From: Saprolegnia diclina VS20
Lineage: Eukaryota
DNA length: 64,000 nucleotides
Assembly: GCF_000281045.1 (NCBI RefSeq)
Contig: NW_008246139.1
Coordinates: 89,362 to 153,361 of the forward strand
Reading direction: 5' to 3'
How positions within the stretch are numbered: the stretch's first letter is position 1; every line of letters starts with the position of its first letter. Below the pieces are notes generated by a model. That model made no database searches, was not told the origin of the DNA, and worked only from the letters and a program-made list of their open reading frames with translations. Positions 20,988 through 32,990 of this stretch are shown one piece after another. The position numbers and the translations under genes are program-made.

Positions 20988-22487
20988 CTATACAAAAACC
21001 ATGCAAAGGGGGGACGTGTCGGAGACCGGCATGATGTCAGACCACTGGGCTCGAAACGCTGCATGCGGCCAGCGCGGGACAATGACAAAGTGGCGATCCG
21101 GAAGCGCCCGGACGGCGGCCGCAAACTGCGCCAGCTCTTTTTTGCCCCACTCGCCTTGGAGCTGGACGACCTGGAGGTTTTTGATCGCCGCATTCATCGT
21201 TGGCAGCATGGCAACGATGTCGTCGACGTCAAAGTCGTGCTCGGACAAGTCGAGGTGCTTGAGTGGCCAGTTTGGGACGTGGGGCATGACCTGGAAGAGC
21301 TGGCGAGCGTCGTTGGCCTCCAGCTGGTGCGACCCGAGCCCGAACGTCTCGAGCCGCGACCGCGTACACACGGTTGCGAAGAGCATCCGCGCCGTCTCGT
21401 TCGCAAAACTCGAGTGCTTGAGCTGGAGGTGCTTCAAGTTGGGCATGTTGCTCAGAAGCTGGAGCACGTCCAGCGTGCCGACGACATCGCGGCCCACGTA
21501 ATGGGCTTCGAGCGACGTGAGGCCTTCGACCTTCTCGAGGACGTCGTCTTCCTCCATGAGCGCGTCCAAGTGTTTGCAGCCGAGGTGCTGAAGCTGTGGG
21601 CCGTGGACCAGCGCCGCGACAAAGTTGTCCCAGCCGTCCTGGGAATCGTCGGTGCCGTCGTAGTCGTCGACGTCCCACTCGAGGCGCTTCAAGCGCTCGG
21701 GCAGTGGCCGCCCGTTCAAAAACTCAGCAAAAACGTCGACGTTGTTGAGGCGAAGCGCGGTGAGCGTCGTGCAGTTGGAGATCGCATCGCAGAGCGCGAG
21801 GACCTTCGGGGTGTCTGGGTCCAGGCCGAACCAGACAAAGTCCAGTCCCAACGTGGTCACGGGCTGCGTCTGCAGCCACTTGGTGAGTTGCGCCGTAAAC
21901 GCGGGCTTCACGTGGCATTGGAGGTTGCCGTCAAAGCCGTTGTAGGCGCCGATCGTGAGCGACGTAAGGCATGGCAGGTCGAAGAAGACGCCGTCGAGCG
22001 CGCCGTAGCCAGCCGAGCAATCAGAAAGAACGAACGTCTCGAGGCGTTGGCAGGACGCAAGCGTTGTGCGGTAGTACGCCCACGTAGCCGCGTCAATGAC
22101 GCTGAATAAGGATTCGTCGCCGAGGTAGAACGTCAGCTCTGTGATCCACGGCGCAATGCCAGCCACGATTCCGAGATCTTTGCGGTTCTCGATCTTGTAG
22201 CTGACGACGACGCGCTTTGGTGCTAGCGCTGTAATGGCGGCGAGGTCTTTGGCTGCGGCGCGCGAGAGGCTCGGGCTGCGCACCTCCACGTTAGGCCAAG
22301 CAATGCTGAGTGCCGGCTCGGAGAAAAGCCGAGCGAGGCTCGCCAGTGCCGATGTCGTAGCCGAGGCTGGGAGCGCCTTCGTGAAACGCTCAAAGGAGGC
22401 GGCGCAGGGAATGAACAGTGCGATGGCCTCGGCGATCTCGGGTGCCAGGACGCCGACGTCATACCCGCGGGCGCGCTGACAAGCCAT
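20988..22487 (-). CDS. F-box-like/RNI-type LRR protein, array copy A
   Basis: LAPEIAEAIALFI N-terminal motif; LCDAI..LTAL.L; GPQL.HL.CK; LKHLDLS; paralogous to copies B-D. Confidence 0.85.
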   Translation of the reverse strand: MACQRARGYDVGVLAPEIAEAIALFIPCAASFERFTKALPASATTSALASLARLFSEPALSIAWPNVEVRSPSLSRAAAKDLAAITALAPKRVVVSYKIENRKDLGIVAGIAPWITELTFYLGDESLFSVIDAATWAYYRTTLASCQRLETFVLSDCSAGYGALDGVFFDLPCLTSLTIGAYNGFDGNLQCHVKPAFTAQLTKWLQTQPVTTLGLDFVWFGLDPDTPKVLALCDAISNCTTLTALRLNNVDVFAEFLNGRPLPERLKRLEWDVDDYDGTDDSQDGWDNFVAALVHGPQLQHLGCKHLDALMEEDDVLEKVEGLTSLEAHYVGRDVVGTLDVLQLLSNMPNLKHLQLKHSSFANETARMLFATVCTRSRLETFGLGSHQLEANDARQLFQVMPHVPNWPLKHLDLSEHDFDVDDIVAMLPTMNAAIKNLQVVQLQGEWGKKELAQFAAAVRALPDRHFVIVPRWPHAAFRAQWSDIMPVSDTSPLCMVFV

Positions 22488-22530
22488 TCGTACGTTTATC
22501 AAATGTTGCAGGTCGACACATGAATATTTC

Positions 22531-22547
22531 GGAGGTATGACGTGGCA
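22531..22547 (-). promoter_or_regulatory. Shared upstream element (plus strand GGAGGTATGACGTGGCA), copy A
   Basis: Recurs 44-86 nt upstream of five array members. Confidence 0.65.
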
Positions 22548-23309
22548 AGCCGACAGAGCCTGCGAGATTGCACTTGGAGTCAGCATGCACAACCTTGCAT
22601 AGTCACTACTAAGCTTGATGAACGATATCGTGCGCTTGTTCTCAGCGAGATCTTTAGAACTTAGATGGAGCGGGACTGGCCTCCACAAAACTTGTAAACC
22701 TTTACCGGCAGGCAGCTCGTTTGCTTTCTATTGCTAAATATGCTGGCCGTGGGGGCGCCACGTGTACCTGCACAATATCACTTTCTGTCATACCAGTTTC
22801 GTGTTTCCCGATTCTTCTACCGTATAAAACGCACTGCACGAGGCCATGCAGCTTCAATCCCGCGCGAAATTCGCGGGCGTTGCCGCGTTGCACTTCATCA
22901 TCGGACGCGTCACCATGCAAAGGGTAGCTTCTAAGCTTCCACGTTATTGGTCGCACCAGCACCGCAACAAAGCTCCTGCGCCCTCAATGAACGATGGTCG
23001 TGATCCTACTGCAGAATTGCCAGCACGCGCGGGCACACAAGTGATATTAATACGAAACGGTAGTCGTTGGACGTGTTGCGACTGCTAAAATCCGAAGAGG
23101 GAACGTTATCAAGGCCATCAATTTCATTGCTTTGGCCTTCTTAACACGGCATGCGCTTACCCGAGCACTCTGCAGACGGACGAGTCAAGAGACGACGACG
23201 CGATGCCTTGCCACTGCTCGCAAAACGCTGGGGATGGCGAGCGCGGCTCGATGACAAAATGGCGATTCAGAAGCTGCAGGACAGCGGTATAATCCGATGT
23301 AGCAGTGTC

Positions 23310-23474
23310 TCGAGGTGCTTGCCGGACGCGAGCGTTGCGCGGTAAGTTACCCACGTAGCCGCGTCAATGACGGCGTTCTACGCTTCGTTGCCGAGGTCGA
23401 ATGCTAGCTCTGTGATCGATTGCGCAATGCCAGCCACGATCCTGAAGTCCGAGTGCTCCTTGATCTCGTAGCTG
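23310..23474 (-). pseudogene. Degenerate internal fragment of LRR copy A
   Basis: Aligns by eye to 22040-22203 (shared CCACGTAGCCGCGTCAATGAC, GCGCAATGCCAGCCACGAT) with indels. Confidence 0.75.
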
Positions 23475-23547
23475 CCATTGCATTATTTAAAGGCGCGTCA
23501 TACCAGTTCAGAGCTCCCTTTCTAAAGTCATCCATGCAAGATATCTA

Positions 23548-25068
23548 CTAGACGTACAAGACGCACTGCACGACGTCATGGCGCGGCCCCATACCGTTCG
23601 CTTCAATCACGCGCGCGAAACTCGCCGTCGTTGCCGCGTCACGCTTCAGTTTCGGATGCGCCGCCATTGCAAAATGACAGTCGGGTAGCTGCGCCGCTGC
23701 TTTCGCAACCATTTCCACCTCGTCGACCAGCCACCAGACTTGCAAACGGATCGTCTGCAAGTGTGCGGCCGCCGCATTGATCACCGGCAACATCGCAAGC
23801 AAGCTCGCAGTGCTGCGTCGGTGGCTCGAGATGTCCAGGTGCGCAAGGCGACCAAACTGCGGCACATGCTGCAGAAAATACACCACTTCCGCATCGTACA
23901 TGGAGCGTTCCGTGATCTTGAGCACCGCCAGGCGCGGAAGCGTCGAGAGCACGTTGGCGAGGTCGCGAGCGTACCGACCTTCAAAGTTGGCCAACCACAG
24001 CGTCAGTGACGTCAGGTGCGTCATACTGCCCGCAAACCGCAAAAAGGCTTCTCGGTTCAACACTCCGCGACCGACGCCCGTCGTGTCGAGCGACTCGAGA
24101 CCTCGAATCTTGGCCAGCGTCTCGTCGCTGTGTTCGAGGCCAAATTCGCGCAACCGCAACAGCGCTTCAAACTTCTTGCAGCCGAGGTGCACAAGCTGCG
24201 GCCCGGTTGCAAAGGCACTTGCAAAGTTGGTCCATCCTTCGTCCGGGGTTTCCTCCAAGTCGGTCTTCTCCCACTCGAGCGACGTCAAGTGCGCGGGCAA
24301 TGGCCGGCCGCACAAAAACACGCGAGCAAAGATGCTCACATTCTCGAGTGCCAGCGTTGCGAGCGTCGTGCTCGACGCAATCGCATCACAAAGCTGCAGA
24401 CAGAGCGGCGAGCTGGGCCGGGCGTCAAACCGCAGGTCTTTCAGCACCAAACAAACGACCGGCGACGCCTCGAGCCACTGAATCAAGCGCGTGCAAAAGT
24501 CATTCGTGAGGATCGCGGTTGAGAAGGATCGGTGGCCCGCGAGCGAGAGCGACGTCAGCCGCGGAAGGTTCCAGATGACATCGCCGAGCGCGATGCACCC
24601 GCTCACACAGTCGGTCACTCGCAGTGTCTCGAGGTGCTTGCACGAGGTGATCGTCGACCGGAAAAAGGTCCACTCCGCCTCGTCCATTGTCGAAAGCCCG
24701 TACGGAAACTCGAACGTGAGCGAGGTGATCCATGACGTGGCAAACGCAAAGGCGGCCATTTCGTTGCGCGTGCCAATCGCGTAGCCAATAGCGATGCGCG
24801 GAGCCAGCGCCGTGGCGTCGACAAGATCTTGGAATGTTACGCTCGAGAGGTCTGGGCAAAGCACCGTGATTGTGGGCCACATCACGCACATCGTTGGCGT
24901 CGTGCACAGTCGTGCAATGGCCGCCAGCGCCCGGGTCTTGGCCCAGAGCGGGAGTGCGTGCATGAGCTGGAGAAACGTGGTGGGACACGGAAGAAGCCGC
25001 GCGATCGTCTCGATGATCTCGGGCGACAAGCCACCAAGGGCCGTCGCGCGGGGGGTTGGCGTGGCCAT
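23548..25068 (-). CDS. F-box-like/RNI-type LRR protein, array copy B
   Basis: 506-aa ORF; LSPEIIETIARLLP; same family blocks. Confidence 0.87.
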   Translation of the reverse strand: MATPTPRATALGGLSPEIIETIARLLPCPTTFLQLMHALPLWAKTRALAAIARLCTTPTMCVMWPTITVLCPDLSSVTFQDLVDATALAPRIAIGYAIGTRNEMAAFAFATSWITSLTFEFPYGLSTMDEAEWTFFRSTITSCKHLETLRVTDCVSGCIALGDVIWNLPRLTSLSLAGHRSFSTAILTNDFCTRLIQWLEASPVVCLVLKDLRFDARPSSPLCLQLCDAIASSTTLATLALENVSIFARVFLCGRPLPAHLTSLEWEKTDLEETPDEGWTNFASAFATGPQLVHLGCKKFEALLRLREFGLEHSDETLAKIRGLESLDTTGVGRGVLNREAFLRFAGSMTHLTSLTLWLANFEGRYARDLANVLSTLPRLAVLKITERSMYDAEVVYFLQHVPQFGRLAHLDISSHRRSTASLLAMLPVINAAAAHLQTIRLQVWWLVDEVEMVAKAAAQLPDCHFAMAAHPKLKRDAATTASFARVIEANGMGPRHDVVQCVLYV

Positions 25069-25389
25069 GCTCGAGCAAATTGGAAACTAAGAATTGGATT
25101 CGCAGTACAAGTGCCCAACGGGAAAACCCTTTCCCAGTCGTCTCGAACCATCTCGCGATCAACCGGATGCCAGCCCATGTCGACGGGCCAAACATCAACG
25201 ATTCTCTCAGACCAGCGTCGCTCCGGTACCCAGACGAGGATACCGTATCGCTAATACGACGAGCACATGCGTGAGGGCAAACATGTGCAAAATGTACGAT
25301 GGATTCTTGTCGGCAGTGATCTAGGGAATAAGAATAAGAACTATGAAAAATTTGGTCGCCAAATATATACGCGTCGACGTCCCAATCGA

Positions 25390-26318
25390 GGCGCTTCAGC
25401 TGCGGAGCAGCGGTCGCCCGAGCAAAAAGTCTCGAAAAATGTCGACGTTGTTGAGTTTAAGCGTCGTGTTGCTGGCGATCGCGTCGCAGAGCGCAAGGGC
25501 CAATGGGAAATGCCTTGGCGCAGTCCAAAGTCTTTCTCAATCATCTAGTGCGCATGACGAGCTTCCGTCAAAGCATCGGACGCAGCGCGATGGCAAAGTG
25601 CCGGTTGGACAGCCGTCGACAGCGCTGACAAACGCTTGTCCGCAATTGGATCCCCAAAAGCCTTGCAGTCGGAGCGTCTCGAGTCGCGTGCACATAGCTA
25701 TCGTCGAGCAAAAGAAGACCCACGCCGTACCGTCGAGGGGATGCGGCAATCCGTCGTAGCGGCCCAACGTCAGTGGCGTGATGCAGGAGGCAGCGCCGGC
25801 GACGACTGCGAAGTCGCGCCCAAATCTTGTAGCCAATGGCGATACGCGGATCTAGCGGCCTGGCCGCAGCAGCACCTCAGCTGTCACAACTTTGACATGA
25901 TTCTGGACGATGATGCAGTGCTGCACAAGCTCCAAGGTCTGACGTATCGTACCACGACGGACAGGGAGGTAATACGCGGCGCGTTGCCGGAGACGAAGGC
26001 CAACTCCTCTTGTGTGTCACTCGTGTAGCTAATGACGATCCGCGGACCAACCTCGGCGGCATCGAGAGGGTTCCGAGATGTCGCACTGCATGGCGTAGGG
26101 CGAAGCACTGTGATTGTCGGCCATGCCACCGACATTGGTTGGTGCGGTCGAGAGTGACGCGATGGCCGTCAGCGCTTGGCCCACGCCGGCGGCGCTGCCA
26201 CAAACACGGCAAAGACGTAGGGCCCTGGCAGCAAGCGTACAATCGTCTCGGTGATCTAGGGCAGCAAGACGCCAACGTCGGCCGCTCGGGCGCGCTGGGT
26301 TGGTGCTGCCTTCACCAT
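25390..26318 (-). pseudogene. Scrambled LRR-family relic(s) with premature stops and an inverted segment
   Basis: MVKAAPTQRARAADVGVLLP*ITETIVRLLP (GAG->TAG); the IGY/ITSL block is present twice; ALCDAIASNTTLKLNNVDIF near 25440-25500; plus-strand piece at 25846-25945. Confidence 0.85.
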
Positions 26319-26362
26319 GGCCGCCAGCGGTAATTACCTCTTTAAGTCGATGTATCGAGTTT

Positions 26363-26379
26363 GGAGGTATGACGTGGCA
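26363..26379 (-). promoter_or_regulatory. Shared upstream element before the pseudogene
   Basis: GGAGGTATGACGTGGCA, identical to 22531. Confidence 0.6.
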
Positions 26380-26697
26380 CCCCATGCGATCAGCATGTGA
26401 TTGATCGAAAATTCTGCACAAATCAAAACTGTAGCGATGACGCGTCCAAGGTTTTCTCGATGAGCTCGTGGTCGTCATGCGTCGTCTCAACGACCTCGGG
26501 CTCGCCTTGGCATCGGAGGACGGGATAATCCGCCCTCGGGACATTTGCATTTGACCGAGTCGACATTCTCGAATGTATAGCCCGATCCTTGCAATTCAGT
26601 AGCGTGTGAGTATGCCTTCTGACTGGATACATAATGCGCCAACGATGAAGCGACACAACACGACATAGATGAGCGCTAGCGCTGTTCAAAAGGGCTC

Positions 26698-28206
26698 TTA
26701 AATGAACACAATGCACTGGTCGAGGCCTCTGCGCGGCGCGAGGCCGCTCTCTTCGATCCAATGCTCGTGGCGGGCGTCGGTTGCCGCCTCGCTGTGCTGA
26801 GCCGCCGCGTCGAGAACAATTGCAAAATGACGGTCGGGCAGCCGACGCACCGCCTCGACGAAGTCTTCGACGTCTCCTGGCTGCCAGTGGCCTTGCAGGT
26901 TAATTGTCCGCAGCCGTTTGGCTGCTGCATTGAGCGTCGGCAGAAGACCAAGGATGGTCGCCATGTCGAGGGCATCGTGCGAGACATCGAGATGCGAGAG
27001 GCACGCAAAACGGGGCACGTGCCGCAGGAGATGCGCCAAGTCGTTCGTCGACATTGCGAGCTCTTCCCATCTGCTCTTGCCGGTGAACTTGAGCACCTCG
27101 AGGCACGGGAGCTTTCGAAGCACCGGGACGAGATGGCGCATCAGCTGGACTTCAAAGCGGACGTCGCGGAAGCTCAGCGTCGTGAGGTTGGCCATGGTCT
27201 TGAGGGCATCGAGAATCTCGTAATGGGATGCGCAATTGTTGATCTCGAGCGACGAGAGGCCTCGGAGCATATGCCGAATCTTCTTGTCGTGGAGCAGCAT
27301 GACAAAATGCTTGCAGCTAAAGTGCGTCAGCTGCGGACCACCGGCGAGCGCGCTCAGAAAGTTATCCCACATCTCGCTCGTGTCGCTGCTGCGACCTTCG
27401 TACTTGTCCCACTCGAGCGACGCCAAGCGCACAGGCAGAGGGCGCTCGTACAAGAACCCTCGCTCCAAGAGGTTGACATTGTTGAGTGCAAGCGTCGTGA
27501 GTGTCGCGCTGGACGAGATCGCGTCGCAGAGCGCGAGGCAGAGCGGCGAGCCTGGCACGTCGGCAAAGCTGATGGCAAACATGGTCAAGGATACGACAGG
27601 TTTGGTACGGAGCCAATGGACGAGGCGCTCGCCAAAACCGGTCGAAAGCTCGAGCTCAGACCAGTCAAGACCGCCCACGAGTGCGAGCGACGTGAGGTGC
27701 GCAAGCTTGAAGAAGACGCCCTTGAGATAGCGAACGCTGCCGCCCCCGTAGTTCGTGAGCTCGAGGCTCACGAGGTACGTGCACGACGCGATCGTCGAGC
27801 GGAAGAAGCGCAATGTTTTGTCGCTGGCGTCATTCAAGTCGAACGTGAGCGACGTAATATTTGACGCGACGGCGGTGACGACCGCCAAGTCGTTGCGTGT
27901 TGCAATCGTGTAGCCAATCACAATGTACGGTCCGAGCGCGGTGGCAGCGACAAGATCTTCGGTGGTCGCGCTGTCGAGCTCAGGGCCAAGTACAGTGATC
28001 GTCGGCCACGCCACCGCCATGCTTGGTACAGTCGAGAGACGTGCGATGGCCGCCAGCGCCGGGGTTTTGGCCCACGCCGGCAGCGCTGCAACGAACGCAG
28101 CAAAGGCGTCGGGCCCTGGCAGAAGGCGTGCAATCGCCTGGGTGATCTCAGGCAGCAAGATGCCGATGTCGGTCGCTCGGGCGCGCTGGGGTTGTGTTGC
28201 TATCAT
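26698..28206 (-). CDS. F-box-like/RNI-type LRR protein, array copy C
   Basis: 502-aa ORF; LLPEITQAIARLLP. Confidence 0.87.
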   Translation of the reverse strand: MIATQPQRARATDIGILLPEITQAIARLLPGPDAFAAFVAALPAWAKTPALAAIARLSTVPSMAVAWPTITVLGPELDSATTEDLVAATALGPYIVIGYTIATRNDLAVVTAVASNITSLTFDLNDASDKTLRFFRSTIASCTYLVSLELTNYGGGSVRYLKGVFFKLAHLTSLALVGGLDWSELELSTGFGERLVHWLRTKPVVSLTMFAISFADVPGSPLCLALCDAISSSATLTTLALNNVNLLERGFLYERPLPVRLASLEWDKYEGRSSDTSEMWDNFLSALAGGPQLTHFSCKHFVMLLHDKKIRHMLRGLSSLEINNCASHYEILDALKTMANLTTLSFRDVRFEVQLMRHLVPVLRKLPCLEVLKFTGKSRWEELAMSTNDLAHLLRHVPRFACLSHLDVSHDALDMATILGLLPTLNAAAKRLRTINLQGHWQPGDVEDFVEAVRRLPDRHFAIVLDAAAQHSEAATDARHEHWIEESGLAPRRGLDQCIVFI

Positions 28207-28284
28207 ACTCGTGTCGACGAACCGGTGCTGAAAAGGCCAGTCAGTTGACGTTGGTCACCTTTCAAATCCGATATATAATGTTTC

Positions 28285-28300
28285 GAGGTATGACGTGGCA
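28285..28300 (-). promoter_or_regulatory. Shared upstream element, copy C
   Basis: GAGGTATGACGTGGCA. Confidence 0.6.
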
Positions 28301-28600
28301 CGCCACCGTGCGATCACGCAGTGATCCATAGCCCGTGAGCCGACACTCGGAAGCTGCTGGCGCTGGGAGCGGCCAGTGCATGATACAAAATAGCACCTCC
28401 TTAGCCGTGACGTCATATCATTGAAGCACAGCTGCAGACAAAGTCTTCGAGACGATCTTCGCCTCGGTCAGCACGGAACGCACCATGCGGTTGGCCGGGA
28501 CCATGATGCATTGAGTTGACAACCATGCAAGATGGTAGACTTGGGACAATTAGGTACTAAACTTCAGTGCATACACAATGGTTTACTGCCAAAGAGGCCT

Positions 28601-30129
28601 TTACAAGTACAAAACACACTGCTGTTCGCCGCCGCGCGGCCCCAGGCCATGTTCGGTAATCAACTGCGCGCAGCGGGCCTCGGTCGTCGCATTCACCGAT
28701 CGCGCTGGACGCAGAACGATCGCAAACTGGCGGTCGGGCAGCTGATGCACCGCATCGAGAAACGCTTCGACGTCTCCTTGGTGCCAGTAGCCTTGGATGC
28801 TGATCGTCTGCAGATCCTGAGCCGCGGCATTGAGCGTCGGTAGCATCTCAAGGAAGGTCTTCATGTCGAGCCCGTGCTCGGAAACATCGAGGTGCGCGAG
28901 GCACATGAATTTCGGGACGGTTTGCAGCAAGAGCTTGAGGTCCTTCGCCGACATGGTGTCGTCAGTGAGGCCAATCGCCGAGAGCTTGAGCTCCTTGAGG
29001 GACTGAGAAAATCGCAGCGCCTTGATGAGCCGGCGCGCCACCTTGCCGCAAAAGCCGATCGTGTTGAGACTCAGCGAATTGAGCTCCAACATGTTGCCCA
29101 AAAACTGAAGAAAGAGCGGAACCGTATCCGAGTTTTGGTCCACATCCATCGCGTGCAGCGAGAGCGACGTGAGGTCTTCGAGCTCCTCGAGGAGCTCTTC
29201 GTGCTCTAGAAGCGCCTCAAACTTCTTGCAGCTCAAGTGCTTGAGCTGCGGACCGTCGGCGAGCGCGTCAAGAAAATTGCCCCAGCCTTCGTCCGTGTCT
29301 GCATGCAAGTCACCGGCAAACTCGTCGGCGTCCCACTCGAGCGACGTCAAGGTCTTGGGCAGAGGCCGCCCGTGCAAGAACTCGCCTCCAAAGAGGCTCA
29401 CTTGGTTGAGCGCCAGCGTCGTGAGAGTCGCACTGGACGAGATCGCGTCGCAGAGCGCGAGACAGAGCGGGGTGCCCGGCTCCACGGCAAACCCCAGGTC
29501 GATCAGCTTCAAGGAGACCGCAGGCGCCGTCTGGAGCCAATGGGTGAGACGCTCGCAAACATCAGCCGGGAGCGGCGTCCCATCCCAAGGACCACTGCCG
29601 CGGAGCGCGAGCGACGTGAGGTGCGCCAGCTCGAAAAAGTCACCGTTGAGGGCGATCAAGCCGCGGCCGCCGGAGGCATCCGTGAGCTCGAGGCTCTCAA
29701 GGTGCATGCAAGAAGCGATCGTCGAGCGGAAGAAGCTCAACGCCGCCTTGCCGGCGCCGGTCAAGTTGAACGTGAGCGAAGTAATATTGGCCGCGATGTC
29801 GGCGACGGCTCCCAAGTCGTTGCGTGTAGTAATCGGGTAGTCAATGACGATGCGCGGACCTAACGCGGTGGCATCCGCGAGGTCTTGGATCGTCGCGCTG
29901 TCAAGCTTGGGGCTGCGCACGGTGATCGACGGCCACGCCACCGTCATGCTTGGTGAGGTTGAGAGACGCGAGACAGCCGCGAGCGCCGGGGTCTTGGCCT
30001 CCTCTGGCAGCGCTGCCAAGAGCGCAGTAAAGTCGTCGGAGCTCGAGAGCAGGTCGGCGATCGCCTCGGTGATCTCAGGCAGCAAGACGCCGCTGGTGGT
30101 CGATCGGGTGCGCTGGCGGGAGTTGCCAT
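28601..30129 (-). CDS. F-box-like/RNI-type LRR protein, array copy D (start codon out of frame)
   Basis: Intact ~495-aa body close to copy C; the homologous ATG at 30129 is 1 nt out of frame. Confidence 0.75.
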
Positions 30130-30209
30130 CGACTTTGCTTTTGACACGCCGACTACCGTACTACCCGCCACCGCATTTCACCTTTGAGATTCAATAAAGT
30201 ATTAAGTTT

Positions 30210-30225
30210 GGAGTATGACGTGGCA
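30210..30225 (-). promoter_or_regulatory. Shared upstream element, copy D
   Basis: GGAGTATGACGTGGCA. Confidence 0.6.
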
Positions 30226-30840
30226 CGGTACGCGTTCACACGGGATACCTCCGGCTGGTGTAGCGAGAGGAGCCAAGCAGGGGCTGAGCATGGCTATGTG
30301 CGTCTGGGCGAACAAGTCTGAGCCTGCAAGCGACAGGCTTGCAGTAGCTTTGACGTCGTGCGACCGATTGGGTGACCAGCTATACTGAGGCTGGGTAGCC
30401 GGCTGGACCAGCCGGTTAGAAAAACCGACTAGGCTAGCCGGCCAGCTGTGGACGTGCACTTTTGCTCAAGATCTTGCTGGTCGAGTGCGGCCATCGCCAA
30501 CGCGAGCAAAGCGACAAGAGATGGTCGTGATGAGCCGCGATAGGCCGCAAACCTATTTAGAAGATATTATTTTCGACTAATCCCGCCAGATTGCCAAGAC
30601 AGTACTACTAGTCCAGCAGAGAAATCGAAACGTGCCTAGTAGAGCACTCGGCACCTTGGCCAAGAACATGATCAAACTATGCTCTTGCTTGGGCAAATGT
30701 CCGACGAACAGCAAGCTACGTACTCGTACGCTCCTTGCTTCGAGCAGTCATGAGCCTTCCACGTACTTCCGGATACGGTCCATCCACAACCGGAAAGCGC
30801 GCTCGCCGCCAGAAAGGCGCTCCACCAAGGACGCCAACCG

Positions 30841-32990
30841 ATGCCGTCGACCTTTCGCAGCGTCGTGCTCGCGCAGCCCGACATTGCGGCCATCATCTTT
30901 GACTATCAATACGGCGTCTTCGAAGACGTGCGCGCGGCCTTGTACGCCTGTCGTGAGCTGCTCGAGCTGCACGCAGGCACCTACGAGTGCGACGTGGCGT
31001 ACCAAACCACGTTTGCACCCAACGCCGTGTGGCGGCGTGATCACCGCACGTCGTTCGAGCCTGTAGAGTACGCTCTGCATTGTCAGCTGCCCGACGATCG
31101 AATGCCGCTGCACGTAGCGATCGTCGAAGGCTTTGACCTCCTCGCCCAGCGCATCGTTCGCTGTCGGCCAGCGCTCGCTTCGATCGATGCAATCTTCTTG
31201 GCCATCCGAGAGAACCGCCTCGAGATGGCTGCGTTTCTACTGGAACACAGAACGTCGAGGCCCGAGCTCTACCGACGCACCCAGCTCGAGACGGGTACTG
31301 TCGTGCTCTGTGCAAGGCGGCGATTTGTACTGATGCTATCGTAGGTGATCATTTTTCGTACCGGTTCTCACGGCACTGGTTGTGTTCGGCCTTGGCCAGA
31401 AGCGACACGAGAGGCATCGAGCTCATTCAGCGCGTTGACCCGAGCCCCGAGATGGTCACAGAGTCCAACTGCCGGCACGCCATTTTTGACGCCACGCTCG
31501 AAAATGCGACGCTCGCCTGCACCGTCTTGCCGTGGTTCAACAGCCCAAGACTGTTCGACATCGTGGCCGGTCAAGGCTTTTTGCCGCTGGTGCGAAGACT
31601 TCACGACCGCGGCTCCGAGTGCTCGACGGGCGCAATGGACAGTTGGAACGGTCATTTGGAGGTCGTCCGCTTTCTCCATGAGCACCGACGCGAGGGATGC
31701 ACGACGAGAGCGATGGACACCGCTGCGAGGCATGGTCATTTTGAGGTTGTCAAGTTTCTCCACTTCAACCGGACCGAAGGCTGCTCGTACAAAGCGCACT
31801 ATGAGGCCATTCTCCAAGGCCGTGTCGACATTGTTCGCTTTCTCCTCGAGCACCGAGGTGAGAACGCGTCGCCCAACCTCTTGGACTTTGCTGCCGCCAA
31901 TGGCCAACTCGAGATCGTCCAGTACCTCAATGGTCTCGGTACGTTCCATTGCACGGTCGACGCGGTCGACAGTGCTGCGCGGCGCGTTCATTTGGCGCTG
32001 GTCCAGTACCTCGTGGCCAACCGAAATGAAGGCGGCACCCGAGACGACGTTGTTAGGACTGCTCTAGAGTATGGCCAGCTGCACACGGCCGAGTACCTTC
32101 TCTCTCTCGGGTACCCCTTCCCCGCTCGGCCCCTTTGGCGCATGACCGCCGCAGCGCCCGGCATGGTCGATGTCATCCAATTCTGCCTCACGCGCGGCAT
32201 GCGCTGGAACAGCGACTGGCTCGTAAATGCCTGCGAAGCTAATAACGTACCGCTCGTGCAGCTCATTCTCGAGCATCCTCGTGCATCTCGTTCTTACCGC
32301 GACGCGCTCGAGAGAGCCGTCAAGTACAAGGCGTGGGACGCCGTGCGCTATGTCTTGGCGAACACCAAGGTCCGTGTCACGGCCGACATGCTCGAGCATG
32401 CGCTTCCTCATGGCGATGTGGAGATTGTGGCACAGATGCTGTCGCGCCGAATCCGGGTCCACCGCGATGACAACACGCTCCTGGAAATGGCATCGAGCAG
32501 CCATTTGACCGAGATGACGCGGCTCCTCCTCGATGCAGGTCTCGGCCGACCGCGTGACTGCCTCTACAAAATTGCAGGTCGCCCCAAGCATGTGACAGAG
32601 GCCAAGCTCTTGCTGCCGTACTGCATGGACGCAACCAACGCGATCGGCAACGTCGACTTCCTCTTGCGGCTCGTGGCGCTGACCGCCCGCCGCCGCACGA
32701 CAACACTGCAACTGGTGACGACCGAGCTCTTGAGCCAAGGACGGAAAGCCAGCGAAGCCATTCGATTGCCTCCGAGTGTGGAAGCGCGTGCGACAATGCT
32801 ACTCCAAGCTGGCGAGGTGGTCGACTGGGCCATGGCCCTTGCCTTGGGGCATCTCTGGACGGCCGACGTGATGTTTCGGGTGCAGTGGCAAAGCGCTTGG
32901 TCCACAGTGGTCCACGACGAAGCGCTCAAGGCGCAGCTCGCGCATCTGCTTTCAACCAAGCGCAAGTTCTCGGGTCTAAGCCGATACTAG
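30841..32990 (+). CDS. Ankyrin-repeat protein, paralogue of 2598-4628; intron 31295-31344
   Basis: VLAQPDIAAIIFDYQYGVFEDV; EGCTTRAMDTAARHGHFEVVKFLH repeats; the intron restores the frame. Confidence 0.9.

Noticed and set aside
24733..24742. Extra TGACGTGGCA cores (also 33435)
   Set aside because: They lack the GAGGT flank and are not upstream of a start; the first is inside a CDS, so both are probably chance
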